DNA from: Octopus vulgaris
Taxonomy: Eukaryota
NCBI GenBank assembly: GCA_951406725.2
Contig: OX597815.1
Location: forward strand, 214,458,001 to 214,522,000
DNA: 64,000 nucleotides
Reading direction: 5' to 3'
Positions 26,954-40,599 of the stretch are shown in pieces (position 1 is the first letter of the stretch; every line of letters begins with the position of its first letter). The translations under genes and the position numbers were made by a program. Under the pieces are notes generated by a model. The model was not told the origin of the DNA, did not search any database, and was given only the letters and a program-made list of their open reading frames with translations.

Positions 26954-26983
<30 letters not shown>

Positions 26984-26984
<1 letters not shown>

Positions 26985-27560
26985 CTCTCTATATATATAA
27001 AACTGAGAATGTGTCTGTCTGTGTGTTTCCCTAAAACTTGAGAACTACACAACCAATCTCATTCAAATTTTACACATGCCTTACTTAGGGTCCGGGTAGT
27101 GTCATCGGCAAAAATTTTTTTTTAACTTTTTGCCTAGGGCGAGCTCATAGCGATATCATATCTTCTCCATTACGATTCCCTAAAACTTGAGAACTACACA
27201 ACCAATTTCATTCAAATTTTACACATGCCTTACTTAGGATCCATGTAGTTTCATGGGCAAAAAAAATGTTCAACTTCTTGCCTAGAGCGAGCCCATAGCA
27301 ATATCATATCTTCTCCACAATTTCAGTATTACGTGTTAAAAGTGAAACAAAAACATTTCTCTATTTTATGTCAGATGCTTTCACTTTAACAATAAAAATA
27401 ATAATAACAATTGAATTATATGTAGTAAGTAATAATTAAAATCAAACTAAAGTATAATATAATCGAAACATAACAAAAGTAAAAATAGCAATTGGTATAA
27501 AATTGCATCAATGACTTGAACTTGAAAAAGTGGTTTCACATGAATGGGAATAAATTAAAA
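26984..27560 (+). mobile_element. Non-autonomous Helitron 5' portion with 149-bp internal tandem duplication
   Basis: A|TCtctctatatatataaaactg...tgtctgtctgt start as in 52015; repeat 27027-27169 / 27176-27317; 3' limit uncertain. Confidence 0.65.
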
Positions 27561-28059
27561 ATAAAATTAGCGTGCAGAAATGGAATAGTCCAGATGGAGG
27601 TGTGCAATACCCTTTACCACGGCTTTTACATTAGATTATCTGCTAATTAGCTAGCATTAAGTATCTATATGAAATTTGGCTGTATGTAATATCTGTTTTC
27701 TCGAACAGCCGCTCCTGATGGTTTATTTCTTATACATAAAGGACTTCAACTGCTTACTGCTTTCTGACTCATCGTAAGGTTTGTTGTTGTTATTATTACT
27801 GTTTAACTATTGTTATCACGTTTGTTGGTTCCTCGTAAAGGAAACATTGTTGTGTTGCATTTGTTAAATAATTGTAAACTGTAACCCTTTGGGAGAAGGA
27901 GCTTTGGTTATTGCTTAAAAATTGAATTGTGTCCCTGTTTGGGGAAATTGACAATATTTTCACCGTTTACACGGAAGCATTTTCGTTAGAATGCCTTCGA
28001 TAGAAGAAAGTCCAAAAATGAATTTCGCTGCAGCCGTCGGCGGGCGCGAACTCATTGAA

Positions 28060-28500
28060 ATTAAAATGGAAGAAAAACGGATTGATCACCAACAAAGACG
28101 GTGAATCTAGGATAACACCACCAAACGAAATAAAAAATTAAATTAAAGAAAAGACTATTGTCTATAAAGTATACAATGTAGAGAAAAAAAAGATTTGAAC
28201 ACCTGGAGGAAAGCACCACCCAAAAGTTAGTCTGGTGCGACTATGAAAGATATCTAACCAGAGGCGGTAAATTCGCCACAATAGAAGCAAGGTTCGAGTC
28301 AACGGAGCGTGCAAGGGAGTACTCGACTGGAACCTTGCAAAGTGGAAATATTTTATTTTTCTCTTTATATCTGGGACGTGGGACGTCCCGGATAAAAATT
28401 TAAAATTTCCCCCCCCCCGGAAGTAGAGGTAGGCTGGATTGTAGCCACACTTCTATACAAGAGGGAGGACAAGATCCAATTGATCGAAATTGCAAGACAC
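28060..28500 (+). pseudogene. Decayed LINE ORF1 N-terminal fragment
   Basis: YLTRGGKFATIEARFESTERAREY...ILFFSLYLGR aligns with FISRGVKYATVWLLFDTHEEACKF...ILFLPTY of the 24.4-25.6 kb ORF1. Confidence 0.65.
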
Positions 28501-28638
28501 GGGCCTACAATTCTAGTCTGTTATATATTTTGAGTATTGTTATCACTAGCGATATCAAGATATAACTTTGTATTTTGTATTTTATGTGTAGATGTATATA
28601 TATAAATGTACATGTAATATGTACACATATATACATGC

Positions 28639-28679
28639 ACTAGCACTATGACTCGGCAACGACGGGTCATAATGCTAGT
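28639..28679. repeat. 41-bp palindromic Helitron-type 3' terminus
   Basis: actagcactatgactcg-gcaacga-cgggtcataatgctagt; hairpin plus CTAG|T. Confidence 0.6.
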
Positions 28680-28927
28680 ATATATATATATATATATATA
28701 TATGTCGAAATATCTCATTTTGGAGAGCGAGTGTTAGACTTAAGGGCTAAAAGAATTCAGTCTTTTAGAACTTCAGTGGGCGTTAGAGTGAAGATCTAAA
28801 GTCCTGGTTCAGTCCCGGGTTTCCGCATCTGGGGTTTTGTAGCGGTGATGCTCCAGCATGACTGCAACTGCTTGGATATATATATATGTATATATATGCA
28901 TAAGTATATACATACATATATACATAT

Positions 28928-28980
<53 letters not shown>

Positions 28981-29469
28981 CTATGTAACTCCACATGTGC
29001 TATCAATTAGCAGATTAGCAGGAGGAGAATTTCTAGCGAAAGTGCAGCATCATTTGCTTTAATGTAAAACGAAACAGCACAAGACAAAACAAAACAAAAA
29101 AAACGAAGCAAAGCACAATAAGGCAACGAGAAACAAACATATTAAAGTCAAGTCTCTTATTCTGTTGTCTACTGTCGAAGTGCGGACGCTTATCATACTT
29201 CTTTGCTCTATTTAAACTAAGTCTGATTACATTTAGTGAGTTTAGCTTTATTTTCTTTCATTTTTTCCTTTTCTTTCATTTGTTTTTCTCAGCTTAGAAG
29301 CTTGTTGTAAACCATGATGCCATTACAACCTCGAGTGGACGGGTTCTGTGATCCAATTAAGAATGAATGGTTATTAGATTGCATATCTAATGATCAAACT
29401 TTTTATCATGAATTATCAATTTAATTACAAAATGTTTCGACTAGTGCAACAGTGGAAATAGTTACGTAG

Positions 29470-29690
29470 AATCCGTGGCTGTGTGGTAAGTTTCCTTCCC
29501 AACCACATGGGTCCGGGTTCCGTCTCACTGCACGGCACCCAGGGCAAGTGCCCTCTACCACAGACTCGAGCCGGCTAGAACCTTTTGAGCGGATTTTGGA
29601 AACGGAAACTGAAAGAAGTCCGTCGTGTGTGTGTGTGTGTGTGTGTTTGTCTCCACAACACCGCTTGAGAACTGGTGTTGGTATTTCACC
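29470..29690 (+). mobile_element. Family-C SINE (degenerate)
   Basis: gtggctgtgtggtaag...gggttccgtctcactgc...gaaactgaaagaagtccgtcg(TG)n. Confidence 0.8.
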
Positions 29691-30079
29691 TTGGCCTTAG
29701 TCATGATGGATTAAAGAAAGCAAAATAATTAAAGGAGTTAAATGTCAGCTGCGCCAGAAATGGCTGTTGGTTATTTATTGAAACGTGTCCGGACCTTTCT
29801 TCTCATCTCTTTCTGACAAAGAACAATGCTCGAAATGTTATGCACCCACCCTTTTTCCCAATCTTATACTGAACGTGAACCTAATACATTCCAAGAAACT
29901 AGGATATCGCATAAACAGCTGTCAGCGACTATTTTCTATCGTTCGCTATGGAGCTAAATCAGATTAAATTAAATTAAATTAAATGTCCTTGTCATGTCTT
30001 GCTTAATTGTTTGCCTTTCCTCACTACTTTAACCTATACACACACACACACACATACACACACATACATATACATATAT

Positions 30080-31005
30080 ATATATATATATATAAAACTC
30101 AACTTGTGTGTCTGTGTGTTTAACTTCCCGGCACATCTCCTCCTAGCCAACAAATCGTAGAGCCACAAAAGATGGGTCACTTAAAGTTTAGGCGAATGAA
30201 AATTGAACTGCGCTATTTCTGTTCCGAAATTCATCTCGCAAGTGCAAAAATCGATAATGTGTCTGTTTAGGCCTTATCCCATGCATTGAATAGTGAACTT
30301 TACTCAGTCAGCTGTTTGACGTGAACTGTGTTCACCACGCGTGCAAGCATGCGTAAATTGCATGAAAAATTAAAAAATCAAGATATAAAAACGAATCGCC
30401 GTTACATATGTGGAGGCGCAATGGCCCAGTGGTTAGGGCAGCGGACTTGCGGTCGTAGGATCGCGGTTTCGATTCCCAGACCAGGCGTTGTGAGTGTTTA
30501 TTGAGCAAAAACACCTAAAAGCTCCAAGAGGCTCCGGCAGCGGGTGGGGATCCCTTCTGTACTCTTTCACCACTCTTTCTCCCACTCTTTCTTCTGTTGG
30601 TCTGCTCGCTTAGCCAGCGGGGTGGCGTTATTCGAAGGCTAAAACAATGCGAACGCATTGTGACCAGCGATGTGTAACTACATCTGATGGACTGGTCGGT
30701 CACGTGATCACGTGATATATACATATACATATATATGAGAGTATGATAGAAGAAGGCTAACTCTTCCTTGCGTAGAAGAAAAAATTCAAATCGGACCATG
30801 TTAACACCAAAAATTATTTACATCAAAAAGGTGCCTTTTTTCTATGAAAATCCCTATTTTTTACGATGTTTTGACTGCTGTGTCGCCATTTTTCGGTGTA
30901 TTTCACTTAAAGAGAATAACAAGTTAGATACTGCCAAACTTTTAATTTTCAAAAATTCCAATTCTAAAGGGTCTAAACAAATCGCAACGCCGGGCGATAC
31001 TGCTA

Positions 31006-31006
<1 letters not shown>
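30080..31006 (+). mobile_element. Non-autonomous Helitron (contains a SINE)
   Basis: tatataaaact...tgtgtgtctgt 5' motif; 3' gcaacgccgggcgatactgCTAG|T identical to the end at 52531. Confidence 0.75.
30411..30716 (+). mobile_element. Full-length family-B tRNA-derived SINE
   Basis: tggaggcgcaatggcccagtggttagggcagcggacttgcgg...ggtttcgattccc (A and B boxes). Confidence 0.9.
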
Positions 31007-31048
<42 letters not shown>

Positions 31049-31192
31049 GCAGTCTTCGAAGCGTATTTTATGCCTACTGGACTATACTTGTATAATCCAT
31101 CTGAGTTTAACTGCCGCTTAAGTGAATGCTAAACAGGTTCTTAAATGAAATGCTAACGAGGTGATACCCTGGATTATGATTATCACCTCAAA

Positions 31193-31231
<39 letters not shown>

Positions 31232-31528
31232 TTTGTGTGTGTGTGTGTGTGTAGTTATTTATGTTTGTTGTAATTCATATGATATGAAACATATCTATTT
31301 CAAAATATGTTTACTTATCAAACTGAACTAGAGTATGATACATGTAAATACATATATACACAGGGTGGCCCAAAATTAGGCTTACAGTTATCACGTCGGC
31401 ACTTTAAATTTCTTTTAAAACATTTTATTACATTTTCATTTCTATCTTACAAACTGGAAAGGGGGACTTGACAAAATTAACTAAAATTAGCAGAGAATAA
31501 GGGTTTCATATTTTTTTTTTTATAATTA

Positions 31529-31576
<48 letters not shown>

Positions 31577-31730
31577 ATATTGTTACATTTCGGAATGGTC
31601 ATATTGCCAGTTTAGCCAATAAAAACACACGCACTATATATTTGGTGTTATTTTGCTTCAGTGTTATTTATTTTTTACATTAATCTTAATCTGATTTCGG
31701 CCAGAGTTCTTTCGTCAAACTCCTGTGACC

Positions 31731-31823
31731 GCATCTTGGGTAAGTGTCTTCTGCTATAGCCCCGGGCCGACCAATGCCTTGTGAGTGGATTTGGTAGACG
31801 GAAACTGAAAGAAGCCTGTCGTA

Positions 31824-31875
<52 letters not shown>

Positions 31876-31951
31876 TATATGTGTGTATTTGTGTGTCTGT
31901 GTTTGTCCCCCTAGCATTGCTTGACAGCCGATGCTGGTGTGTTTACGTCCC

Positions 31952-31955
<4 letters not shown>
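31731..31955 (+). mobile_element. Family-C SINE middle part with internal (TA)n
   Basis: cttgggtaagtgtcttc...gaaactgaaagaagcctgtcg(TA)n...gtttacgtcccc. Confidence 0.85.
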
Positions 31956-32019
<64 letters not shown>

Positions 32020-32702
32020 TATGTTAGTCGACTAACAGTCACCTTCTAGCCAAGGTGGTTAGTCGAACAGTATTCACTGGGTTTATACAATAACATACTT
32101 CATACACCAGTAATTTCAACAAATTTTAATAATCTTCTCATTAATCTGTCTCTGTCGTATAAATATCCTGGTCTGAAAATTTCGTCGTTTTACATTTCTT
32201 TTCCTCCTCCGTCACTTTTATTTTACCTACAGTACGTTATAGAAAACTGCACTAAACCTATTTGCTCAATCATCCTTTCTCAAAAGTGCATCGACTTCCC
32301 TCTACCTATAGGTGAGTTTTATCTTTGAAGGAATGTCCACGTGACCATTTGACTTGCTATGTATAGGAGCCAAAACCCTCTCAAATTGCATTTTTTTAAA
32401 AGATAAGGAGGAAGGACACACTTTATAATACAGTCCTCGATTTTTCTATACACTATGTCTCGAAGGCAAAAGCTGGCTGGTCATAGCTAAAAATAGCTTT
32501 GTCAGCTCGATCGGGATGGCCGGGGGACGAAGCAACAATATCATCCTAGAGCTGTTTTCGTAATACAGCAGTAAAATGATCCGGAAAGAAGGTTGCGAAT
32601 ACTATACTCTCTCTGCGGATCAAATTAAATTGAACTGTGTATGTGTGTGTGAGTATGTATGTATGTACCTATTTATATATATATATATACACACACAGAC
32701 AG

Positions 32703-32731
<29 letters not shown>

Positions 32732-32733
<2 letters not shown>

Positions 32734-33190
32734 GAGGGTGGGGTGAATATATTGCCGTCTAAATTATGCGGAATGAAAATAACACTGACATCTCATTTTA
32801 TCAGATATATTTACCAAAATTATATGAAATTATCTTGAAATACTAAAGAGTAAATTTATTCAATAAAATCGCCATTGGCTTCAACCACGGCCTCCAGACA
32901 ACTTCGGAATCTCCTACAACTCTTTTGGGTGGTCTCCTTGTATAAATTGGTGAATGTTGCTATAATCCTTGCCTTCACTTCATCTTTGGTGCTACAAGGA
33001 GTTTTGTTGGTCTCTCGCTCAAAATAATAAAGGGGGTTGCAGTCTGGGGAGTTATGTGGCCTGATGTTAGGGGTGATGTGGTCGCAGAAATTGTCTGACA
33101 GCCATGACTGAGTTTTCCTGCTTTTGTGGCTTGATGCAGGGTCCTGTTGCCAGACATAGAGTCTTCCAGCAGCTTTGTCTTTATGACCAT
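32732..33190 (-). pseudogene. Tc1/mariner DD37D (maT) transposase C-terminal fragment and element end
   Basis: YVWQQDPASSHKSRKTQSWLSDNFCDHITPNIRPHNSPDCNP then ERETNKTPCSTKDEVKARI...CRRFRSCLEAVVEANGDFIE*; spacing fits D37D. Confidence 0.85.
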
Positions 33191-35969
33191 CCGTATTTTA
33201 TGCAGCCACAGAAGTATATTTTTTTTTATATGCCTTTCCTTTCTTAAGACGTTGGGGAGATTTGCCTGATATTTCTAGAAGGCTGAGGAAACCACATATT
33301 CTTATATATGTACATAAGTAAATAAATATATACTCATTTATGTACGATCATGGATTTTTACTTTTTACTCATTTCTACAATTAGAAATGTAGAAACCCAA
33401 TTCCGTTACCATAATCTTGTATCATGCAATTCTATTTTCTTCTAAATCATCTCCGATTATTTTACTAAGAATGCCATCTTTATTTGATCAGAAATAGATT
33501 GCTAACAAAATGAACGCAGGAGTTATCGGAAAAATCCCAAACAGACTAACCCACTAACGTTCTTCGTTGGATATCTTAATTGTGGAGTTTATACATTTGT
33601 GTGTGTATGTTGTATGTATGTTTATGTTTCCCGATTGCTCCTTTGGAAGCATTTAGAATTAGCAAACTGCTAGTCATAATAACCAAGTCTCCCTTAAATG
33701 AAACCTATTGACTTGAAAAGAGAGGAACACATTAAATAATATAGTTCGAGATATCTGAGAATGGAACTGGTCGATCATAGCTGGAACGCTTCTAATGAGA
33801 AGACTGCACATTTAAATTGACCTAGGATGAGCTTGACTAAAGCATTATGGAGTTACCGGGCATAGGCCAAGCGAGAAAACAAATCCGTGGTTCGTAACTC
33901 GAAGTTATTGCTGCACTGTGCCCAGAGACTTATCTTCCAATATTGCCGTTCGGTTTGCTGGGAAGAAGCATCGTGCTTAAATATTATATTTCATGATATT
34001 TAGACATTGTTTACAAGTAAGATTTAATAATAAACTTCACATATTCTAGACAACCGCCTTATCAAGATTACTTACATTTCTTTACTATTCTAATGTTCTG
34101 ATTGAATTCCAATAAATAAATTAATGCAAGAGATATCATTACTCGGCGAGAATTTTATTAAATAATTAGTTTATTTCCCCAACTGAGACTACCCAAACTT
34201 CTAGCTTCTAACCAATCTAAGATTAAAATCATGCAGTTTTAAAATCATTAATTCTGTAAGGTAGCTTAAACAAATATCATTGACACACTGACAGACTATA
34301 AATAAAGGCACCGATAGAGATTAAATATCATTTTTCAGTTCTAGGTTTCAACGTTTTGTTCAATCAGCCACAGTGAACGTGTCATGCCCTGACAAATTCA
34401 GTCTGACTGGAGAAATATATATAAAAAAGAAGGCAATGTCTATTATTAAATAAGCAAAATTTATGTATGTATACGTGTGTAGCCTACAATAATCCAACTT
34501 TTCTGTTGCTTTAAATGCTCAGTCTGCTATTAAGACCACTCTAGTTGATTTATAGCCGACTGCATTAAGAACAGAGTTCAAATATGTCGTCGTAATTCAT
34601 TGAGTGTCGACAACAACGACAGGCTTCAGTTCACGCCTCCCCAAAACATTACAAGACAGAAATCAGGTTAGACTTGTAAGATAAAGCATACATACTCACT
34701 AAAACATGGCCACCCGATATCGTAGCTACGTCCTGCACAATATTAATCATAGATTAAACGCATCTCTATTCTACCTATGTAGGTCAACTAAAACTGAATG
34801 CATCCGAATACATTTGTATAAGTCATTCATAACATGGTATCTTTACAAGGTAAATAGTAAAATTTGAACGAAAATAAATATGCCAATAAAACATTGTTGC
34901 TTTCTAAAGGTGTAGTCTGACAAAATCTATTTCGAAAAGTACTGACAATCAAAATAGTTTCAGAGTGAACACTATTTTCAGCAAACATACTTGCTTCTCG
35001 TTATGAATTCCACTGTTACTAAGCATTCGTTAACGGTATCACAGAAATTAATAAAGACCAGAAAGAAATAGATCTACTCTGGCTGTTGTTTTACAATTTA
35101 TTTCGTTCAGTTCTTGTAATACGTCCCTGGGCAGAAAGTTTTCCTGAAATTATCATTAATGTATTGTTTTGTAATAATGCTTTCGATCAAAAAGATATTA
35201 CTACAGAATGTGATATGGAAGTACGTTGAATCGTGCCTCTAGCTGGTTAGAAGAAACATGTAACATGTGATTGAGAAATAGATTGAATTAGCAAACTGTA
35301 TTTAATGAAAGTGTTCATTTTATCAAAACTGTTATTTTCGTTAGGAATATATATGGATGGAAGTGCTAGGCGGGCGGGCAGGCTGGCAGGCGGGCAGGCT
35401 GGCACTGACTCTTTGTGTATGTGGTGTTTTATTCTGGTGGCAGTGACAGTGCTACAGCGATGCCGATGCTTGGTGCTGTTGATTGTGGTAGTAGAGATGA
35501 TAGCAACACAAGAGAAAAGGAGAATAATGATAAAATGGAAAAATTTACTGTACTGAATATACAGGCGGATAAGATGGGGAATAAGAAAAGTACAATTGAA
35601 AGGAAACGTAAAAAGAAGAAAACGGAAGACGGGGGGAGGAATATCAATAGAAGGAAGAGTAAAGGAGAGAAGAAAGGAAATAGAGTTGAAATTGCAGTTT
35701 GAAAGTATTAACGTGTTTTGAGAGCAATCTTGATCATTCACATTTACATGGAAATAGATCTCGACTGGTATTTATCGATACAAATATTACAATTGAGGTT
35801 GGACTACTGAAGAGGAGATAGATAAGCGGTGGAAATAAATGGTTTATTATGTGCTGCTTTATTCTGGTTATTTTAGTGTCATATTTTCTCTTTAAATTGT
35901 AGATAAAGTTTCAGGAAACAATGTTTAAAACTTTACAAAAATTTAAGGACTTAATAATAGTTTAAAATT

Positions 35970-36125
35970 TTTTGACACAAGGCCAGAAATTTTAGGAGAG
36001 GGGCCAAGTCGATTACATCGGCTTCAACGTTCAACTGGTACTTATTTTATCTACCCCGAGAGGATGAAAAATAAAGTTGACCTCGGTGGCATTGAACTGA
36101 GGAAGTCAAGTGCCGAAAGAAATAC
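35970..36125 (-). mobile_element. Family-A SINE (old)
   Basis: caactggtacttattttatc...aggatgaaa...aaagttgacctcgg. Confidence 0.75.
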
Positions 36126-37639
36126 AGACTTAATAGTTTTAAAATATTATAAACCTCCATTAACACTTCTTTCATCGAAGCTGACTCGTGATTAAAGCAT
36201 TGGTAGCAAGCTTTGGCACAATGCCAGCAGTGATTAAAAATATTAGCAAATCATCGAAAGGAAATAAAGACTCTTTCTTTGATGGTTACATGGAAAATGT
36301 TGTTAACAGTTCTGTAAAGTTATGAAAAGGATTTTAATTATGATTTTGGTCAAAAGTAGCTTTGAAACAAACTAGTAAAAGTGAATATTCTCCAGAATCG
36401 TTTTAATTACTTAATTTAATTTGAAATAGAGGAGTTAAAACTAATCGAGATAAAACGTCTCTTCGCCACTGATGAAACGGCGTTTCAACCGCACGTGATA
36501 AAAGATATAATTTTGCATTGTGCTATTAGTGTCTTCCAATCATAAATTAGCCGACATTTCATAGCTTCTTCCAAGCACACAACTAGCCAGCAATATTAGC
36601 AAGTCGTCAACTGAATAATTTTGCATATTTATACTACGCACAAATACAGAAGTCTTTCTTCCTTTACTTCAAAATAATCGATAAAAAGCAAATAGATGGT
36701 GTATTTTCTTGGTAAAATCTATTAGTTAAAGAAAAGCTATGTTCTCATATTGTTCATGATGTCTGATCTAGCGTTTCTGAAGTCATCGGTGACACGACTG
36801 CTAACGTTACTGTCACCCTGATAATTCTATAATATATTTTACATGAAATTGATAGACAGGTCTCACGATAAGATGGTATTCTTTCAGGAAGTAATGTTAA
36901 CTCATAGTCAATACCTTTAAAAATATTTGCTGAAGGTAACTACTTGTGAACTGACCTGCTCGTGGATAATGAAAAGTTAACCAGTCAGACTACTTTGTCT
37001 AGAAGGTATTCCGTTGATTTCTTTGTATATTTCCTTATGTGTTAATAGGGTTAACAGTGTAAGCCTTCCCTCTTAGATATTCAACCTTTAATCACTAGCT
37101 CTAAATCTGTTTCATTGAACATTATTCATTATTCGGCTATATCTATGGTTTAACAAACCTAAACACTTTCCACATAAGCTTGATACGTCCTCTCTGAGGA
37201 ATGGTCAGAAATTATGAAGAGGAGTGACCAGACAGAGACTTCCTTCCACCCATTATGCTTTTCAATGATGGTGCCCAAACAGGACCACAACTCGCAGGCT
37301 GAAATAATAAAAAAGTCAAAACAATAAGAGAGTATTTATTGTCTTACTATTTCACTGTTAGTTACCAATTCATTAACTTTATTATCAAAGGTCATTAATA
37401 TATAAAATCAAAAACCTGTTCTCTCAAGTTTACGATGATCATTTCACTTCTAAAATAGTTATTTAAAAACTTATAAGTCGTACTATGCTTTTCGTTTGAC
37501 TTGTTAGATTGGATTTGTCTGAAGATCCTCTTATCCATAATTGCCATCAATAAAGTTTTATTTTCAGTTCCAAGATTTTTAACAAGTCTTTGTATTGAAG
37601 CCCCACAAGATCTCATAATACTCATTTTCTATTACAGCC

Positions 37640-38360
37640 TCTGATTTCTGTTCATACTACTTTTCTGTTGTTTTGAAGCGACATACAGGACTCAATGCAT
37701 TCCTTTCCCTACATACTCATATCCGCGCTCGTATACCTTTTGTGCTAGTATACTGCACTCATTCAAAATATGATTAATACTCTCGTCTCCTTTCCTACAG
37801 GTTCTACCTTTACTGTCTGACTCAGTTTTCTCGATATTTGCCTTGATCAGATTTCTTCTAAAGGCTTCTTCCGCAGCGGTTATAATGAACGTTTCTGTTT
37901 CTCATTTCAATTTTCCTTCCATCAACCCAAAGCCAGCAGGCTTCACTTCCAAGATTTTCGGTTTGTTGCATGAATTGGTCATACAATTCCATTTCTTTCC
38001 ATTTATTCATTCTGCTATTCTTCCTTTTCTCTTTGAATTCTCCTATTGTTTCAGTCACATTTTTTCTTTTTGGTATTTGCGACTGCCCAAAGTGTTCTTT
38101 CTTCATTTTTAGCCCCAGTACCGTAGTACCAAGTGTCTTCCTCTACCACCTTCCCGTCTGGGTAGATAAAGTCTGTCGGTATTAATATTAGGATGGAATA
38201 CGTTGTGAATTTTAGCAGTTTTCTGGCTATTTTATCTAAGTTTTGCAGCTCGATCTTTGTCCATCTTCGATCGGGGGAAGAGTATCTCGATACTGGCACT
38301 GTTCATCTATATATGGCTTTAATAATGTTTCCGTCATTTAATTTTGTTTGGAAAGCAAAA
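37640..38360 (-). pseudogene. Old Dong/R4-like LINE fragment
   Basis: WTKIELQNLDKIARKLL and WLW..LK.ETETFIITAAEEA motifs, heavily frameshifted. Confidence 0.65.
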
Positions 38361-38380
38361 ACAACGTTGTTATTATTATT

Positions 38381-38575
38381 AAGGCGGCGAGCTGGCAGAA
38401 TGGTTAGCATGCTGGACGAAATGCTTAGCGGTATTTCGCCTGTCGCTACGTTCTGAGTTCAAATTCCGCAGCGGTCAACTTTGCCTTTCATCCTTTCAGG
38501 GTCGATAAATTAAGTACCAGTGAAACATTGGGGTCAATGCAATCGACTAGTCCCCTTCCCGAAAATTTCAGACCC
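38381..38575 (+). mobile_element. Family-A SINE in (TTA)n
   Basis: aaggcggcgagctggcagaatggttagc... Confidence 0.9.
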
Positions 38576-38578
38576 TCA

Positions 38579-38579
<1 letters not shown>

Positions 38580-38642
<63 letters not shown>

Positions 38643-40470
38643 TTTCTCTTTATTGCAGGTTTTGTTGGATCTCCTGGAGTCTTGCATGCGTAGCGGGCTT
38701 ACTAATTGCATCCTACGGTACCATGTTATTCGTTCTTTTCAGCTATCAAATACTTCCCTGATTATTTTGGTTGTGCCAAAGAGGCAAACCTTTTGAAACA
38801 GTTCTACTGGGAACTCTATTCCAATTTCCTCATTATTCTTCTTGGCGCCTTCTGATACTGTTCCCAAGCTTCCAACAATAATTGGCTCTATCTTCACCTT
38901 CTTCATTTTCCATATCCGGGATGTTTCGTACTTAAGCGGGTTGTATCTAGCTAACTTTTCGCCTTTCTACTTGACTATTCATGTGTCAAAGGGGTATGTA
39001 ACATCAACTATATAGCATATGTGGTGCACCTTATCTACCACCACTAGGTCTGGTTTGTTATGCTCTAGCACCTGATTTGTTTGGAATGGGAAATCCCAGA
39101 GGATTTTGCTAGACTCCGACTCCTCCACTCTCTGGCAATTGTGCTCATACCACGTCTTGCCTCTCTCTAGCTCCCACATTTCGCACAGTTTCCAATGTAG
39201 CGCATTCGTTATCTGGTCGTGTCGCTACAACTTGTATTGGTTTTGGGCAAGTCTAGAGCATTCGTTCGTGATATGGGCAATGGTTTCATCCACTCTATTG
39301 CAGCTGCTACACAGCAGAGATACTTGCTCATTCCTCAAGTTGACCCTCCAGTTCGTGGCCAGAGCTTCGTCCAGCGCTGCCAGTATAGTGCTCACGGTCT
39401 CTTTTTTAGGGTTCCTTTCATTAGTTAATCCCACCTATTTTATCCAGCAACTTTTGTTGTGGCTACATAGAATTGATTGTGTAATCCTTTGCGTAATTCT
39501 TCTTCATGTCCTTTTTGTACTTTTTCCTTTGTTTTCCCTTTTTCTCTTCTCTCAATACTCCCTCGTTCCTAACTGTCGCTATCACGGTTTCCTTACTTTG
39601 GGCTAGGTATCCCATTAAGCTCTCGAGTTCGATACACACGCAGTCTTCCACACTTATCAGTCCCCTTCTTCCATTTACTCTCTTCTTGTATAGGCGATCA
39701 GCATCTGCACATGGTTGATGGACCCATGCATCGTCAGGAGCTTCCTTGACTTCCTGTCCATCTCCTTTAGCTCCTCCTCTGTCCTTTTGAGGATTCCAAC
39801 GCCATCCCGAACTACTGCGACTGCGCGCGAGTTCATTGCCAAAGTTATGTTTCTGGCATTCAGCTTTGAAGCCAATGTTTTTCTCACTCGCCGCAGGTAC
39901 TCTCTTTTTCTCTTCTCTTCCAAGTATTCCCAAGTATTTATAGCTGGATTGCGATTGGATTGCCTACATCATTTCACTTCTCTCTTGGCAAGCTTTCCAC
40001 GTCTCATCACCATCTTAATATCATTGGAGAAAATCCGCACAGACTGGACTAGGCTGTCTTGTTTTGCCTCAGTTTTTGTGAATAGCATAAGATCGTCCAT
40101 GAATAGCAAGTGGTTTAGTTTTTCCTTATCTCTTCCCAGATCATACCCCAACTTTGTTTTCTGTAATATTTCATTCAAGGGTTTCATTCTCAGCACGAAT
40201 ATCAGTGGGGACACACTGTCCTCCTGGAAGATTCCTCTCTTGATTTTCCTCCTCTCCTAGTACTTGCTTTCCTGCTGTCAATTCCGTTCTCCAGAATTTC
40301 CTATCATTCCATATCAGGCTTCTCATATTCTCCGCTACTCCATACATTTCCATTGTTCTTATTATCCAGGAGTGTTGTATCATATCGTATGCTTTGCGAT
40401 AGTCAACCCATGCCACGCTCAGGTTTGTATGTCTACTCTTGCATGTTGCTCATTGGGTCAAGGTTGGGGC
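38580..40470 (-). mobile_element. 5'-truncated Dong/R4-clade LINE (RT, CCHC, REL endonuclease) ending in (TAA)n; pseudogenised
   Basis: AWVDYRKAYD, SPLIFV, NHLLFMDDLMLF (RT); CSSC..DETIAHITNEC..RHD; WYEH..KILWDFPFQT..HNKPDLVVVD..IVDV (REL); 3' (TAA)n at 38580-38640. Confidence 0.92.
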
Positions 40471-40599
40471 TAAGAATGTTCAGACTGATCACAGAGACTT
40501 CATTGTTTTTTGGTTAAACCTTGAAATCTCTGTTGAATCAGTATTGTTGAAGACCACAACTATTTCATAAACTGTTGGTAAATTGTATTTCCGCCTATC

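Noticed and set aside
29420-29460. Minus-strand CTGTTGC-actagtc-GAAAC-atttt-GTA
   Set aside because: Two core mismatches and no stem I
30411-30483. tRNA gene (also 51240-51313, 59763-59835)
   Set aside because: tRNA-like heads continue into SINE bodies, several with TSDs; not stand-alone tRNAs
31359-31400. tacagggtggcccaaaa Tc1/mariner-type TIR
   Set aside because: No matching partner TIR identified
36465-36490. CTGATGA followed by a small hairpin (also CTGATGA at 45847 and 58227, CTGAAGA at 53820)
   Set aside because: No GAAA-stem III-UH downstream; some lie within LINE coding remnants
37395-37625. 76-aa minus-strand ORF
   Set aside because: No recognisable motif or splice support
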